Position numbers and translations under genes: made by a program
Assembly (NCBI GenBank): GCA_964421215.1
Contig: CAYQWA010000021.1
Span: 20,571-84,570 of the forward strand
DNA: 64,000 bases
Reading direction: 5' to 3'
Source: an uncultured Bacteroidales bacterium
GTDB taxonomy: Bacteria; Bacteroidota; Bacteroidia; Bacteroidales; JAADJA01
The notes under the pieces: model-generated
Told to the model about the DNA's origin: nothing
Databases searched by the model: none
What the model saw: only the letters and a program-made list of their open reading frames with translations
Shown: one piece after another, positions 54,427 through 62,928 of the stretch
How positions within the stretch are numbered: the first letter of the stretch is position 1
How the letters are laid out: every line of letters begins with the position of its first letter

Positions 54427-55887
54427 ATGAAAAAGAACAATTTTTTTAAGAAACTAATATTGGCCGCTATGTTGTTGTCAACATTTACTGGTACATTGAT
54501 CTCACAATCGTGGAACCAGATTGGAAACGATATTAACGGTGAAGCAGCCGGTGACTATTCCGGATTTGCTGTTAGTCTGAATTCCGATGGTAATTTAGTA
54601 GCTATTGGGGCCTGGAGAAATGATAACGTTAGCGGTAGTGATGCTGGTCATGTTAGGGTATTTCAGAACATTTCGGACTCATGGGTACAAATTGGAAATG
54701 ATATTGATGGGGAAGCAGCCGGTGACTATTTTGGACGGTCAGTATGTATAAATGTAGATGGATCAATTGTAGCTATCGGTGCTACTTACAATGATGGAAA
54801 TGGTTCAAGTTCTGGCCATGTGAGGATCTATGAATATCAATCAGGAGCCTGGATACAAGTTGGTAATGATATTAACGGAGAAGCCAGCTGGGACTATTCC
54901 GGAAATTCAATTAGTTTGAATTCCGATGGCTCAATCGTGGCCATATCAGCTCCATACAATGATGAAAACGGCTCAAATGCCGGACATGTAAGAATATATC
55001 AAAACATGTCAGGATCATGGGTTCAAATTGGAAGTGATATTAATGGAGAAGCCGAAGGGGATGAATCAGGAGTTTCGGTAAGTTTAAACAATTCCGGTTC
55101 TATTGTTGCCATTGGTGCATATAAGAACGATGGAGCCGGAGAGGATGCGGGCCATGTAAGAGTCTTTGAACTACAATCCGGTTCCTGGATCCAGAAGGGA
55201 AATGATATTGATGGGGAAGCAGCCGATGATTTTTTTGGACGGGCTGTAAGTTTAAATGCAGATGGATCAATTGTAGTTGTAGGAGCACACAAAAATGATG
55301 GGAATGGAGAGGAGGCAGGCCATGTAAGGGTTTTTGAATATCAGGCAGGTTCATGGATTCAGAAGGGCAATGATATTGATGGAGAAACAACACAGGATTG
55401 GTTTGGTATAGCTGTAAGTATAAATGATGATGGATCGACCATCGCGGTGGGCGCCAGCCAAAACAATGGAATTGGTTTAAACCTTGGCTATGCCAAAATT
55501 TATAATTTCCATTCTGGTTCATGGAATCAGACCGGGGGCAATCTGGATGGGGAAGCATCTGGGGACGGATTCGGAAGGTCTATAAGTTTAAATTCTGATG
55601 GTTCTAAAGTTGCCGTTGGAGCCTGGGGAAATGATGATAACGGATCCAATGCCGGTCATACAAGAGTATTTGATTTCGGATTAGCAACAAGCATTCTAAC
55701 TGAAGATGTTTACACCAAATGGCTTGCATCGGGAACCATGTTCATCTATGATATCACCGGACAGTTTGTGGACCAAATGGAAATAAACGGTCCTGTATTT
55801 AACCTTGAACTGGATAATACAGGTGTTTATATCCTTGTTGTTCGAGACGGTTCTTCCGTGTTTACGAAGAAAGTTATTGTGAAATGA
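54427..55887 (+). CDS. T9SS-secreted seven-blade FG-GAP-like beta-propeller protein, paralog 4
   Basis: Its signal peptide is almost identical to that of paralog 1 (MKKNNFFKKLILAAMLLSTFTGTLISQSW vs MKKNKLFKKLLLTAVLLSTFTGLLCSQSW). It has 7 blades and the sorting domain MFIYDITGQFV...GVYILVVRDG...KVIVK. Confidence 0.9.
   Translation: MKKNNFFKKLILAAMLLSTFTGTLISQSWNQIGNDINGEAAGDYSGFAVSLNSDGNLVAIGAWRNDNVSGSDAGHVRVFQNISDSWVQIGNDIDGEAAGDYFGRSVCINVDGSIVAIGATYNDGNGSSSGHVRIYEYQSGAWIQVGNDINGEASWDYSGNSISLNSDGSIVAISAPYNDENGSNAGHVRIYQNMSGSWVQIGSDINGEAEGDESGVSVSLNNSGSIVAIGAYKNDGAGEDAGHVRVFELQSGSWIQKGNDIDGEAADDFFGRAVSLNADGSIVVVGAHKNDGNGEEAGHVRVFEYQAGSWIQKGNDIDGETTQDWFGIAVSINDDGSTIAVGASQNNGIGLNLGYAKIYNFHSGSWNQTGGNLDGEASGDGFGRSISLNSDGSKVAVGAWGNDDNGSNAGHTRVFDFGLATSILTEDVYTKWLASGTMFIYDITGQFVDQMEINGPVFNLELDNTGVYILVVRDGSSVFTKKVIVK
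54511..55680 (+). repeat. Seven tandem ~56-aa coding repeats
   Basis: It shows the same motif periodicity as paralog 1. Confidence 0.85.
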
Positions 55888-55893
55888 TAATGA

Positions 55894-56325
55894 TTAAATC
55901 AATGACATAACAATTTTCGTAGCTTCCCCAACAATATCCTTGCATTTGGGATGGATATTCAAATCTTTGAATTGCTGCCTGCCTTCTTCTGTACTCAAAT
56001 CACAGTCGATTAATTGAGTGCATTGGGTGGTCCCGTATATCTTCTTGAATTCATGAATAAACTTTTGCACTTTCGCATCGATCTCTTCCCTGGGTTCATC
56101 AGCATCATCACGCCCATAGATCGTACCAATGGCTAAAACACTGCCACTTACAGCTCCGCATACACTATCTGTTTTCCCTATTCCACCACATAATCCGGAA
56201 GCGACTCGTGGGATAAGATCGGACTGGATATTCTTATATTCTGCTGTAACAATTAATACAGATTCTGCACAGCAAAAACCAGAATCGAATAACTCTTTAC
56301 TCTTGTTAATGAAGTTCGTTTTCAT
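55894..56325 (-). CDS. C_GCAxxG_C_C family protein (putative redox-active Cys-rich protein)
   Basis: Motifs are GFCCAESVL, GLCGGIG and SVCGAVSGS, followed by later Cys residues. The size is typical at 143 aa. Confidence 0.85.
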   Translation of the reverse strand: MKTNFINKSKELFDSGFCCAESVLIVTAEYKNIQSDLIPRVASGLCGGIGKTDSVCGAVSGSVLAIGTIYGRDDADEPREEIDAKVQKFIHEFKKIYGTTQCTQLIDCDLSTEEGRQQFKDLNIHPKCKDIVGEATKIVMSLI

Positions 56326-56425
56326 AGTTAAAATTTATTAAGCTCAAAATTAATAAATAGCGGCTGATTTTTCTTATATTTACAGGACCGAACTCAAAAT
56401 ATTTCTTGATTTCAAATTATAATTT

Positions 56426-58405
56426 ATGAAAACAATTACCCTTTCCTTTCTATTGATAATGTTTTCATTATTTACCGTACGATCACAGGTTGGTGTTCAG
56501 GACATAAAGATCTGTATTATAGCCGATGTTCATTATTTTGATACCTCCCTGTTAATTAATGATGGACCGGCATTTCAGGAATACCTAAGTCATGACCGTA
56601 AATTGTTACAGGAAAGTTATGCCATCACCGAATCCCTTATCGATTCGCTTATTGCTGAACAGCCTGATATTGTGCTGGTAACTGGTGATATCACCAAAGA
56701 CGGGGAAATGGTTTGTCACCAAAAAATGGCTGATTATTTCGGGGAGCTTGAAGCTGATGGAGCCCAGGTATTTGTTTGTCCGGGAAACCACGATATTAAC
56801 AATCCCCATGCAGTTGCTTTTGATTACGACACGACTTACCAGGTAGCAAGTGTTACACCGGGAGAATTTAAAAATGTATATGCCAACCACGGTTACAGTG
56901 ATGCCATTGCTGTTGATACGGCTTCCCTGAGTTATGTTGCAGAACCCATCCAGGGTCTGCAGATCCTTTCGATGGATGTTTGCCGCTACGATTCAAATTA
57001 TATCGACAACTATCCTCTAACCGACGGAGGATTTGAACCGCAGGTATTGCAGTGGGCAAAAGACCGGATCATCGATGCGAACAGCCAGGGAAAAATCATC
57101 CTTGCTTTAGAACACCACAACCTGATGGAACATTTTACCAACCAGAAAATGGTTTTCACAGAATATGTGATCGATGACTGGGAAAACATTTCAACGGAGC
57201 TGGCCGACCTGGGATTAAAGGTTGTTTTTACCGGCCACTTCCATGCACATGATATTGTGAGTAATACAAGCCCGGCAGGAAATACCATTTACGATGTGGA
57301 AACAGGATCAACGGTTACCTGGCCTTGCCCTTACCGGGTAATGACATTACATACCGATACAACACTGGAGATTTCCGGTAAAAAAGTGGAAAACATAGAT
57401 TACAATACGGGATCGATGACTTTCCAGGAATATGCACATCATGACCTGGAAGTGGGCATTCCTCCTACCATCATTTATTACCTTACCCAGCCACCCTATA
57501 GCTTAGGTCAAAGTATCGCTGAATTTATGGAACCGGCTTTCACCGAATCTATTATTGCACATTATAACGGGAATGAAGGATCTCCTTCGTTCGGGACTGA
57601 ATTTATCATTTTCACATTATACCTGTCAGGTTATGGATACATTGCTGAAGGGCTGGAAAGCATCTGGGATGATAAACCACCGGACGACTGGAACATTAAT
57701 GCCGATATGAATTCAACTGCTGATGAGCTTGTGCTTGATTTAACTGTGTTTCTTGAAGGCCCGTTTAACGGAACCTCAATGGATACTTATTTGAATCCTT
57801 CATTTATCCCGTTGGCACAGCCTTACCTTTCACTGCCTTGGATGTATACAGGATTGGATTCCACTGGAAATATACCATCACTTCAAATCGTCGATTGGGT
57901 ACTGGTGGAGTTGAGGGATGCAGCTGATGCCTCCTCTGCTAATGAAACAACTACAGTGGGCAGGCAGGCAGCATGGCTGTTGAATGACGGGTCGGTTGTG
58001 GCTTTGGATGGTTCTTCACCCCTGAAGTTTTACCATAATCAGGATCAGCAGTTATATGCGGTTGTCCGCCACCGGAACCACCTGGATATACTTTCGGCCA
58101 ATCCACTGATTGAATCGGGAGGAACATACAGCTATGATTTTACAACCGGCGGTGATCTGGCATATGGTGGTGACCTGGCTCAGAAAGAAGTTGAGACAAA
58201 TGTCTGGGCTATGATCGCTGGAGATGCCAATCCAGATGGGGAAATTGATATGGAGGATAAGACAGGATTCTGGTCAATCTTTGCAGGGAAAACCGGATAT
58301 CATCCGGGTGACTTTGATCTTAACACCAATATAAACAACCAAGATAAGAACGAGGCTTGGAGGATCAACCTTGGTAAAACGAGCCAGGTGCCTGACAGCG
58401 AATGA
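56426..58405 (+). CDS. Secreted calcineurin-like metallophosphoesterase with a C-terminal extension
   Basis: It has a signal peptide. Phosphoesterase motifs are IIADVHY, VTGDITKDG, GNHD and GHFHAHD. The C-terminal ~230 aa carry LEGPFNG...DWVLVELRD...RHRNHLD and two dockerin/EF-hand-like loops (GDANPDGEID, GDFDLNTNIN). Confidence 0.85.
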   Translation: MKTITLSFLLIMFSLFTVRSQVGVQDIKICIIADVHYFDTSLLINDGPAFQEYLSHDRKLLQESYAITESLIDSLIAEQPDIVLVTGDITKDGEMVCHQKMADYFGELEADGAQVFVCPGNHDINNPHAVAFDYDTTYQVASVTPGEFKNVYANHGYSDAIAVDTASLSYVAEPIQGLQILSMDVCRYDSNYIDNYPLTDGGFEPQVLQWAKDRIIDANSQGKIILALEHHNLMEHFTNQKMVFTEYVIDDWENISTELADLGLKVVFTGHFHAHDIVSNTSPAGNTIYDVETGSTVTWPCPYRVMTLHTDTTLEISGKKVENIDYNTGSMTFQEYAHHDLEVGIPPTIIYYLTQPPYSLGQSIAEFMEPAFTESIIAHYNGNEGSPSFGTEFIIFTLYLSGYGYIAEGLESIWDDKPPDDWNINADMNSTADELVLDLTVFLEGPFNGTSMDTYLNPSFIPLAQPYLSLPWMYTGLDSTGNIPSLQIVDWVLVELRDAADASSANETTTVGRQAAWLLNDGSVVALDGSSPLKFYHNQDQQLYAVVRHRNHLDILSANPLIESGGTYSYDFTTGGDLAYGGDLAQKEVETNVWAMIAGDANPDGEIDMEDKTGFWSIFAGKTGYHPGDFDLNTNINNQDKNEAWRINLGKTSQVPDSE

Positions 58406-58502
58406 TTCTTATGATTATTCAATATGTCAAATATAGATACCTGCTACTAAGTCTCAAAGGCACATAGGATTCACTAATACCTGTTATTCAACACATCATA
58501 GT

Positions 58503-58536
58503 TTAGTGTATACTAGTAATTTAGTGGCTTTGTGGC
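58503..58536. repeat. Word-like direct repeat TTAGTG ... TTAGTGGCTTTGTGGC with a partial inverted counterpart (CAAAGGCAC...CACTAA at ~58454-58479)
   Basis: I read it by eye in the 322-bp gap between convergent genes. It is imperfect. Confidence 0.4.
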
Positions 58537-58727
58537 TATATCAATAATAATGAATCAAGATTAAGATTTAGAAGGCTATCCAGGCGTTTCGCTAGGACGA
58601 TTATAAAAACTCATCCGATGATAGTGTTGACTTATTTGCCTTGAATATCCATAGAAGTAATTTAGCAAATGCCTTGTATTTCTAAAAGATACATCTCAAA
58701 TTATACTTGAATTCTAAAATCGATTAA

Positions 58728-59147
58728 TTATCTGCTCTTCATTAATTCCATCCCTGGTGCATTATCCGGCCGTTTTCTAAAACCCCGCTTTTTATAAAAG
58801 CCGGTATAGCCTTTCGCACTAAAAAGCTGAATATCCCGGATGTTGTGCACTTTGCATTTTTTTACAATTTTATCGAGCAATACCTGTCCTATACCTTGTT
58901 TCTGATATTGAGGATCTACGATCAGGTCGAGTATCAATGCATGAACAATACCATCACAAATGATACGGCCGAATCCTACCAGTTTATTTCCTTCATAAGC
59001 AGATATATGGTACCAACTGTTTTTGGCGGCAAGGTACATTTCTGATGCGCTGAGTTTGTAATTACTGTTCCAGCCAGTTGTAAGAAATAATTCAAAGAGT
59101 GAATCTTCTTCCGGCAGATCCAGGGTGTATTCAATCGTTTTTTTCAC
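58728..59147 (-). CDS. GNAT family N-acetyltransferase
   Basis: The acetyl-CoA binding motif is QYQKQGIGQVLL. The size is 139 aa. The start codon at 59147 is GTG. Confidence 0.85.
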   Translation of the reverse strand: MKKTIEYTLDLPEEDSLFELFLTTGWNSNYKLSASEMYLAAKNSWYHISAYEGNKLVGFGRIICDGIVHALILDLIVDPQYQKQGIGQVLLDKIVKKCKVHNIRDIQLFSAKGYTGFYKKRGFRKRPDNAPGMELMKSR

Positions 59148-59298
59148 GGCTTAATGGTATTTTGTTCGCATCCGTACAAACGGTGTTCATATGGATGAAA
59201 TTATAATTTGAATCAAATATATAAATCCTATTAATATTCTGGAAACGAATAGATTCTAAAAATCGGTATAAAATTGGAATTTGTCCTAAAAACTTTTC

Positions 59299-59913
59299 AT
59301 GCGAAAAAGAAAAATCATCCGGTACCTGATCTTTTTATTCCTGCTGGCCATATTCCTTGGTAATTTCAGGACCTATCTTGTTATGGGCGAGTCTGACCTT
59401 CCCACATTTGCCTCCGGTGATAAAGTGATCATTAATAGGTCTGCCTATGATATAACGATTCCTTTTTCGAATTTAAAGGGCTTTACTTGGCGGCAACCTG
59501 AAAGGGGAGACATGGTTCTTTGCCACCTGAGAAAAAACAGCAACGGTGATTTCTGGCTCAAACGAATCATCGGATTACCAGGGGATACCATCCGTATCCG
59601 GCACAATAAAATTTACATTAACAATAAACCTTTAAAGTATGAAGTTCTACAAAAGAACAGCCTTCCACAGACCATACAAAGTGCCATCGGGAATATTGCT
59701 GCCATCGAATCAGGATTTGGATTAAACCATATGGTTACCTATTCCGAAACTAAAAACATAATCTCTGACTTCGGGCCGGTCATTGTAGCAGAAGACCATT
59801 ATTTCGTACTGGGTGATAACAGGGCCAATAGCCTGGATTCAAGATTTCTGGGACTGGTTCCAAGACAAAATATATTCGGAAAGTATTTGTTCCGGATTTA
59901 CCGGAAAACATAA
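59299..59913 (+). CDS. lepB: Signal peptidase I (S26 family), short form
   Basis: It has an N-terminal TM segment. The boxes are GESDLPTF (Ser box), WLKRIIGLPGD (Lys box) and GDNRANSLDSRFLGLVP (box E). Confidence 0.85.
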   Translation: MRKRKIIRYLIFLFLLAIFLGNFRTYLVMGESDLPTFASGDKVIINRSAYDITIPFSNLKGFTWRQPERGDMVLCHLRKNSNGDFWLKRIIGLPGDTIRIRHNKIYINNKPLKYEVLQKNSLPQTIQSAIGNIAAIESGFGLNHMVTYSETKNIISDFGPVIVAEDHYFVLGDNRANSLDSRFLGLVPRQNIFGKYLFRIYRKT

Positions 59914-59923
59914 TATAAAATCA

Positions 59924-60793
59924 ATGCTTACAATTAAATCGCTGAACAATATTTCCATAGATACAATTCATGCCACATTTGCTGAGGCATTTTCTGATTA
60001 TCAGGTGGATATCAGTTACATGACTCCGGAGGTTATGGCCAGACGATTTACTAAAAACGGCTTTTCAGCAGAATTATCTGCTGGTGTTTTTGACCGGAAC
60101 AGGCTGGTTGGATTTACGGTTGTTGGTAAGGGGCAATTTAAAGGCGATTTTTCGGCATTTGATATAATGACCGGGTTAATAAAAGATTACAGAGGTAAAG
60201 GGCTTGCAAATCAAATGTTTGATGTAATAAAAGAACAAATGAAGGAACAATCCATCAACACCTTTTACCTGGAAGTGTTGCAGGATAATCAACCAGCCAT
60301 TAAAGCCTATGAAAAAACCGGGTTCAGCAAAACCAGGAAATTTAATTGTTATCATCTCGAACTAAAAGACCTTCAACAGGCAAAACGAATTCAAACTGTA
60401 GTTTATATTGATAAAACTGACCATTCCAACGTCGAATCCTATCAGGAGTTTTTGGACTGGGAACCATCCTGGGAAAATCATTATGAGTCCATCAAGAGGA
60501 TTCCCGACCCGGTGGAGGTTTTTGTTGCAAGACAGCACGGAAAGGATATCGGGGTACTTGTTTATTATCCCACATTAAACTGGATTCTTTGCCTGGCAGT
60601 CCATAAAGATCACAGAAGAAAAGGAGTAGCTACCGCTCTTTTGGAATACCTTGCCGGCTCCCTTAAACCCAGTATTAATGAAATTAAAATTCTAAATGTT
60701 CCTGAGGACGATACCGGCATGAATGGTTTCTTGCTAAAATCGGGATGCCAGCAATTTACCGGTCAGTTTGAAATGGAATATAAACTCAAATAA
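59924..60793 (+). CDS. GNAT family acetyltransferase, two-domain (289 aa)
   Basis: I trimmed the start to the ATG at 59924 (MLTIKSLNN), because the track start 59813 overlaps lepB out of frame. The motifs RGKGLANQMF and HRRKGVATALL suggest two GNAT-like halves. Confidence 0.85.
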   Translation: MLTIKSLNNISIDTIHATFAEAFSDYQVDISYMTPEVMARRFTKNGFSAELSAGVFDRNRLVGFTVVGKGQFKGDFSAFDIMTGLIKDYRGKGLANQMFDVIKEQMKEQSINTFYLEVLQDNQPAIKAYEKTGFSKTRKFNCYHLELKDLQQAKRIQTVVYIDKTDHSNVESYQEFLDWEPSWENHYESIKRIPDPVEVFVARQHGKDIGVLVYYPTLNWILCLAVHKDHRRKGVATALLEYLAGSLKPSINEIKILNVPEDDTGMNGFLLKSGCQQFTGQFEMEYKLK

Positions 60794-60805
60794 AACAAGT
60801 ACATC

Positions 60806-62680
60806 ATGAAAAAGATTTATCCAATTTTTGTTTCGATTCTAGTTATAGCAATGATCAAAATAGCCTATTCCCAGGAAAAGATTGATTTTAACTCTGAAGC
60901 CTTCCAGGTGGTGAACGGAGAAATTGTTGAACACAATGGCCGAACAGCCTTTATGGGTACAGGTTTTCTGCAGGACGTCAACTTTAAAAACGGTATCATT
61001 GAATACGATATGCTTGTCACCGGTGACAGGTCATATCCCGGAATATTTTTCAGGGTTCAGTCACGTAACGATTATGAACATTTTTATATAAGACCACACC
61101 GGGGAGGATTATACCCTGATGCTTTGCAATATACTCCCTGTAATAACGGCATTGGTGCATGGCAACTTTTTAATGGAAAAGGAGCCACTGCATCAGCAAC
61201 TTTTCCTGAAAATGAATGGTTTCACATCCGGCTGGAAATAAAAGATTACCGGGCAAGTGTTTACCTCAATGAAAACAGTTATCCAGCCCTTGAAATTTTT
61301 GAACTTAATCATGGGAAAAGTGAAGGAGGTATAACTTTAAACTGCCCGGCCAACGGAACAGCCTACTTTTCCAATCTATCCTATACGGAATCTGAAGAAA
61401 TTAATTTTAGTGCACCTCCGGTTAAAGACTTACCTGTAGGATTAATTCAGGACTGGGAAATTTCAAAACCCTATACCACCATTGATGTCGAAATGGATAA
61501 AACACCAGAACAACAGGGATTGGATGACCTACAGTGGCTAAAGGTAAAAGCAGAGGATAACGGACTGATTAACATAGGAAAATTTCATGGAAGGCAAGGC
61601 AGGTCTCCTGACTTTGTTTATTGTAGGACGACATTGGTCGCTTCAAAAGATACCCTGCTGGAATTGAAATACGGTTATAGTGATGCTCTTGTTTTGTTTC
61701 TAAACGGACAACCTTTATGCTATGGTAGCAGCGCTTATACCCAACGTGATCCTTCATTCCTGGGGATTATAGGATTACATGATGGTGTTTACCTCCCATT
61801 AAAGAAAGGAGAAAACGAGCTGATGTTAAGTGTTGCTGAAAGTTTTGGAGGCTGGGGTTTTATGTGCCAGGAAGGGAGTGCTGTCTTTTTTGAAAAAGGA
61901 ATAACCAAGTCCTGGGAAACTAATAAGGAATTTAGGACTTCGGAGTCTGTGCTGTATGATGCTGAAAGGGACGTGCTGTATGTAACCAATTTTGATCAGT
62001 TTAATATGGGAAATCCCAATGTTACTCAATCCATTTCCAAACTTTCCTTAAAGGGAGAGATTCTTGAACTTAACTGGGCCACTGGTTTATCAAATCCATT
62101 GGGAATGATAATTCATAAAAACTTTCTATTTGTCGCAGAACGTGGGAATGTCGCTAAGATTGATCTTGAAACAGGGAATATCGTTGAAAGAGTAGCAGTT
62201 CCGGAATCTTTGTTCTTAAACGATATAGCAATTGATAAGCAGGGTAACATTTATGCCTCGGACTCCAGGAGAAATACCATCTGGAAAATAAGCGGTAACA
62301 CCGTTAAAGAATGGCTTCAAGGTGCAGAGGTATTAGATCCGAACACCATGTACATCCATGAGAATAAATTGTTGTTTGGTAACAGTGGTGACAGCTGGTT
62401 GAAATCCGTGAATCTTTCAGATAAAAGCATTAGCAAAAAGGCCAGGTTTCCTGAAGGATTTATTGATGGCATTCGACCGGATGGAAAAGGCAATTTGCTG
62501 GTTTCCTTGTGGAAAGGTAAAATTTATCGGGTTACGGATGACGGAGAAATTACACTTATCTTACATACTGAAAATACGGGTGATTATGCAGCTGACTTTG
62601 AGTATGTTCCCAACAATAAGATGCTTATTATACCAACCTTTTATAACAATTCGGTGGTGGGATACAATTTGGGGCATTAA
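60806..62680 (+). CDS. Secreted hypothetical protein: N-terminal ConA/LamG-like (DUF1080-like) domain and C-terminal SMP-30/NHL-like beta-propeller
   Basis: It has a signal peptide. The N-terminal segment reads FKNGIIEYDM...FFRVQS...WFHIRLEI. The C-terminal repeats are of the ESVLYD...LYVTN, NDIAIDKQGNIYASD and DGIRPDGKGNLLVS type. The domain calls are from pattern memory only. Confidence 0.8.
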   Translation: MKKIYPIFVSILVIAMIKIAYSQEKIDFNSEAFQVVNGEIVEHNGRTAFMGTGFLQDVNFKNGIIEYDMLVTGDRSYPGIFFRVQSRNDYEHFYIRPHRGGLYPDALQYTPCNNGIGAWQLFNGKGATASATFPENEWFHIRLEIKDYRASVYLNENSYPALEIFELNHGKSEGGITLNCPANGTAYFSNLSYTESEEINFSAPPVKDLPVGLIQDWEISKPYTTIDVEMDKTPEQQGLDDLQWLKVKAEDNGLINIGKFHGRQGRSPDFVYCRTTLVASKDTLLELKYGYSDALVLFLNGQPLCYGSSAYTQRDPSFLGIIGLHDGVYLPLKKGENELMLSVAESFGGWGFMCQEGSAVFFEKGITKSWETNKEFRTSESVLYDAERDVLYVTNFDQFNMGNPNVTQSISKLSLKGEILELNWATGLSNPLGMIIHKNFLFVAERGNVAKIDLETGNIVERVAVPESLFLNDIAIDKQGNIYASDSRRNTIWKISGNTVKEWLQGAEVLDPNTMYIHENKLLFGNSGDSWLKSVNLSDKSISKKARFPEGFIDGIRPDGKGNLLVSLWKGKIYRVTDDGEITLILHTENTGDYAADFEYVPNNKMLIIPTFYNNSVVGYNLGH

Positions 62681-62697
62681 TCCGACAGGGGAGTTTT

Positions 62698-62928
62698 CTA
62701 CTCTTCCTGAAAATTTCTTCTGTTATCATAAATCTTCCTTGCTCCATAACCTAAAGCCAGGGAAAATAAAACAATCAGTCCTCCACCCAGCGATGCTCCG
62801 CCTCCCACTGGAGTGTTACTACCCGTAGGAGTGCTTCCACTATTAGGATGAGGTGGTGACTGCGCTGATAATACAAACATGGTCAGTGTAAAACTTAGTA
62901 CTAAAAGAATTCGGTTGATTTTTTTCAT
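62698..62928 (-). CDS. Small (76 aa) signal-peptide plus C-terminal TM-anchor protein
   Basis: MKKINRILLVLSFTLTMFVLSAQS is followed by a P/S/T/G-rich 25 aa. A hydrophobic segment GGGLIVLFSLALGYGA and a basic tail RKIYDNRRNFQEE follow. Confidence 0.5.
   Translation of the reverse strand: MKKINRILLVLSFTLTMFVLSAQSPPHPNSGSTPTGSNTPVGGGASLGGGLIVLFSLALGYGARKIYDNRRNFQEE

Noticed and set aside
48188-55558. Antisense ORFs inside the propeller genes (e.g. 48188..48457, 49787..50170, 53089..53340, 53860..54099, 55023..55292, 55100..55558)
   Set aside because: They are His/Leu/Gln-rich translations produced by the reverse complement of a repetitive, stop-poor coding sequence. They have no signal peptides, motifs or independent start context.
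47287-55680. Regular ~168-bp DNA periodicity with a recurring ~20-nt motif (GTAAGTTTAAATTCCGATGG) that superficially resembles a repeat-spacer array
   Set aside because: The periodicity lies entirely inside long ORFs and corresponds to the VSLNSDG motif of 56-aa protein blades. The 'spacers' are homologous to each other at the protein level, so this is not a CRISPR array.
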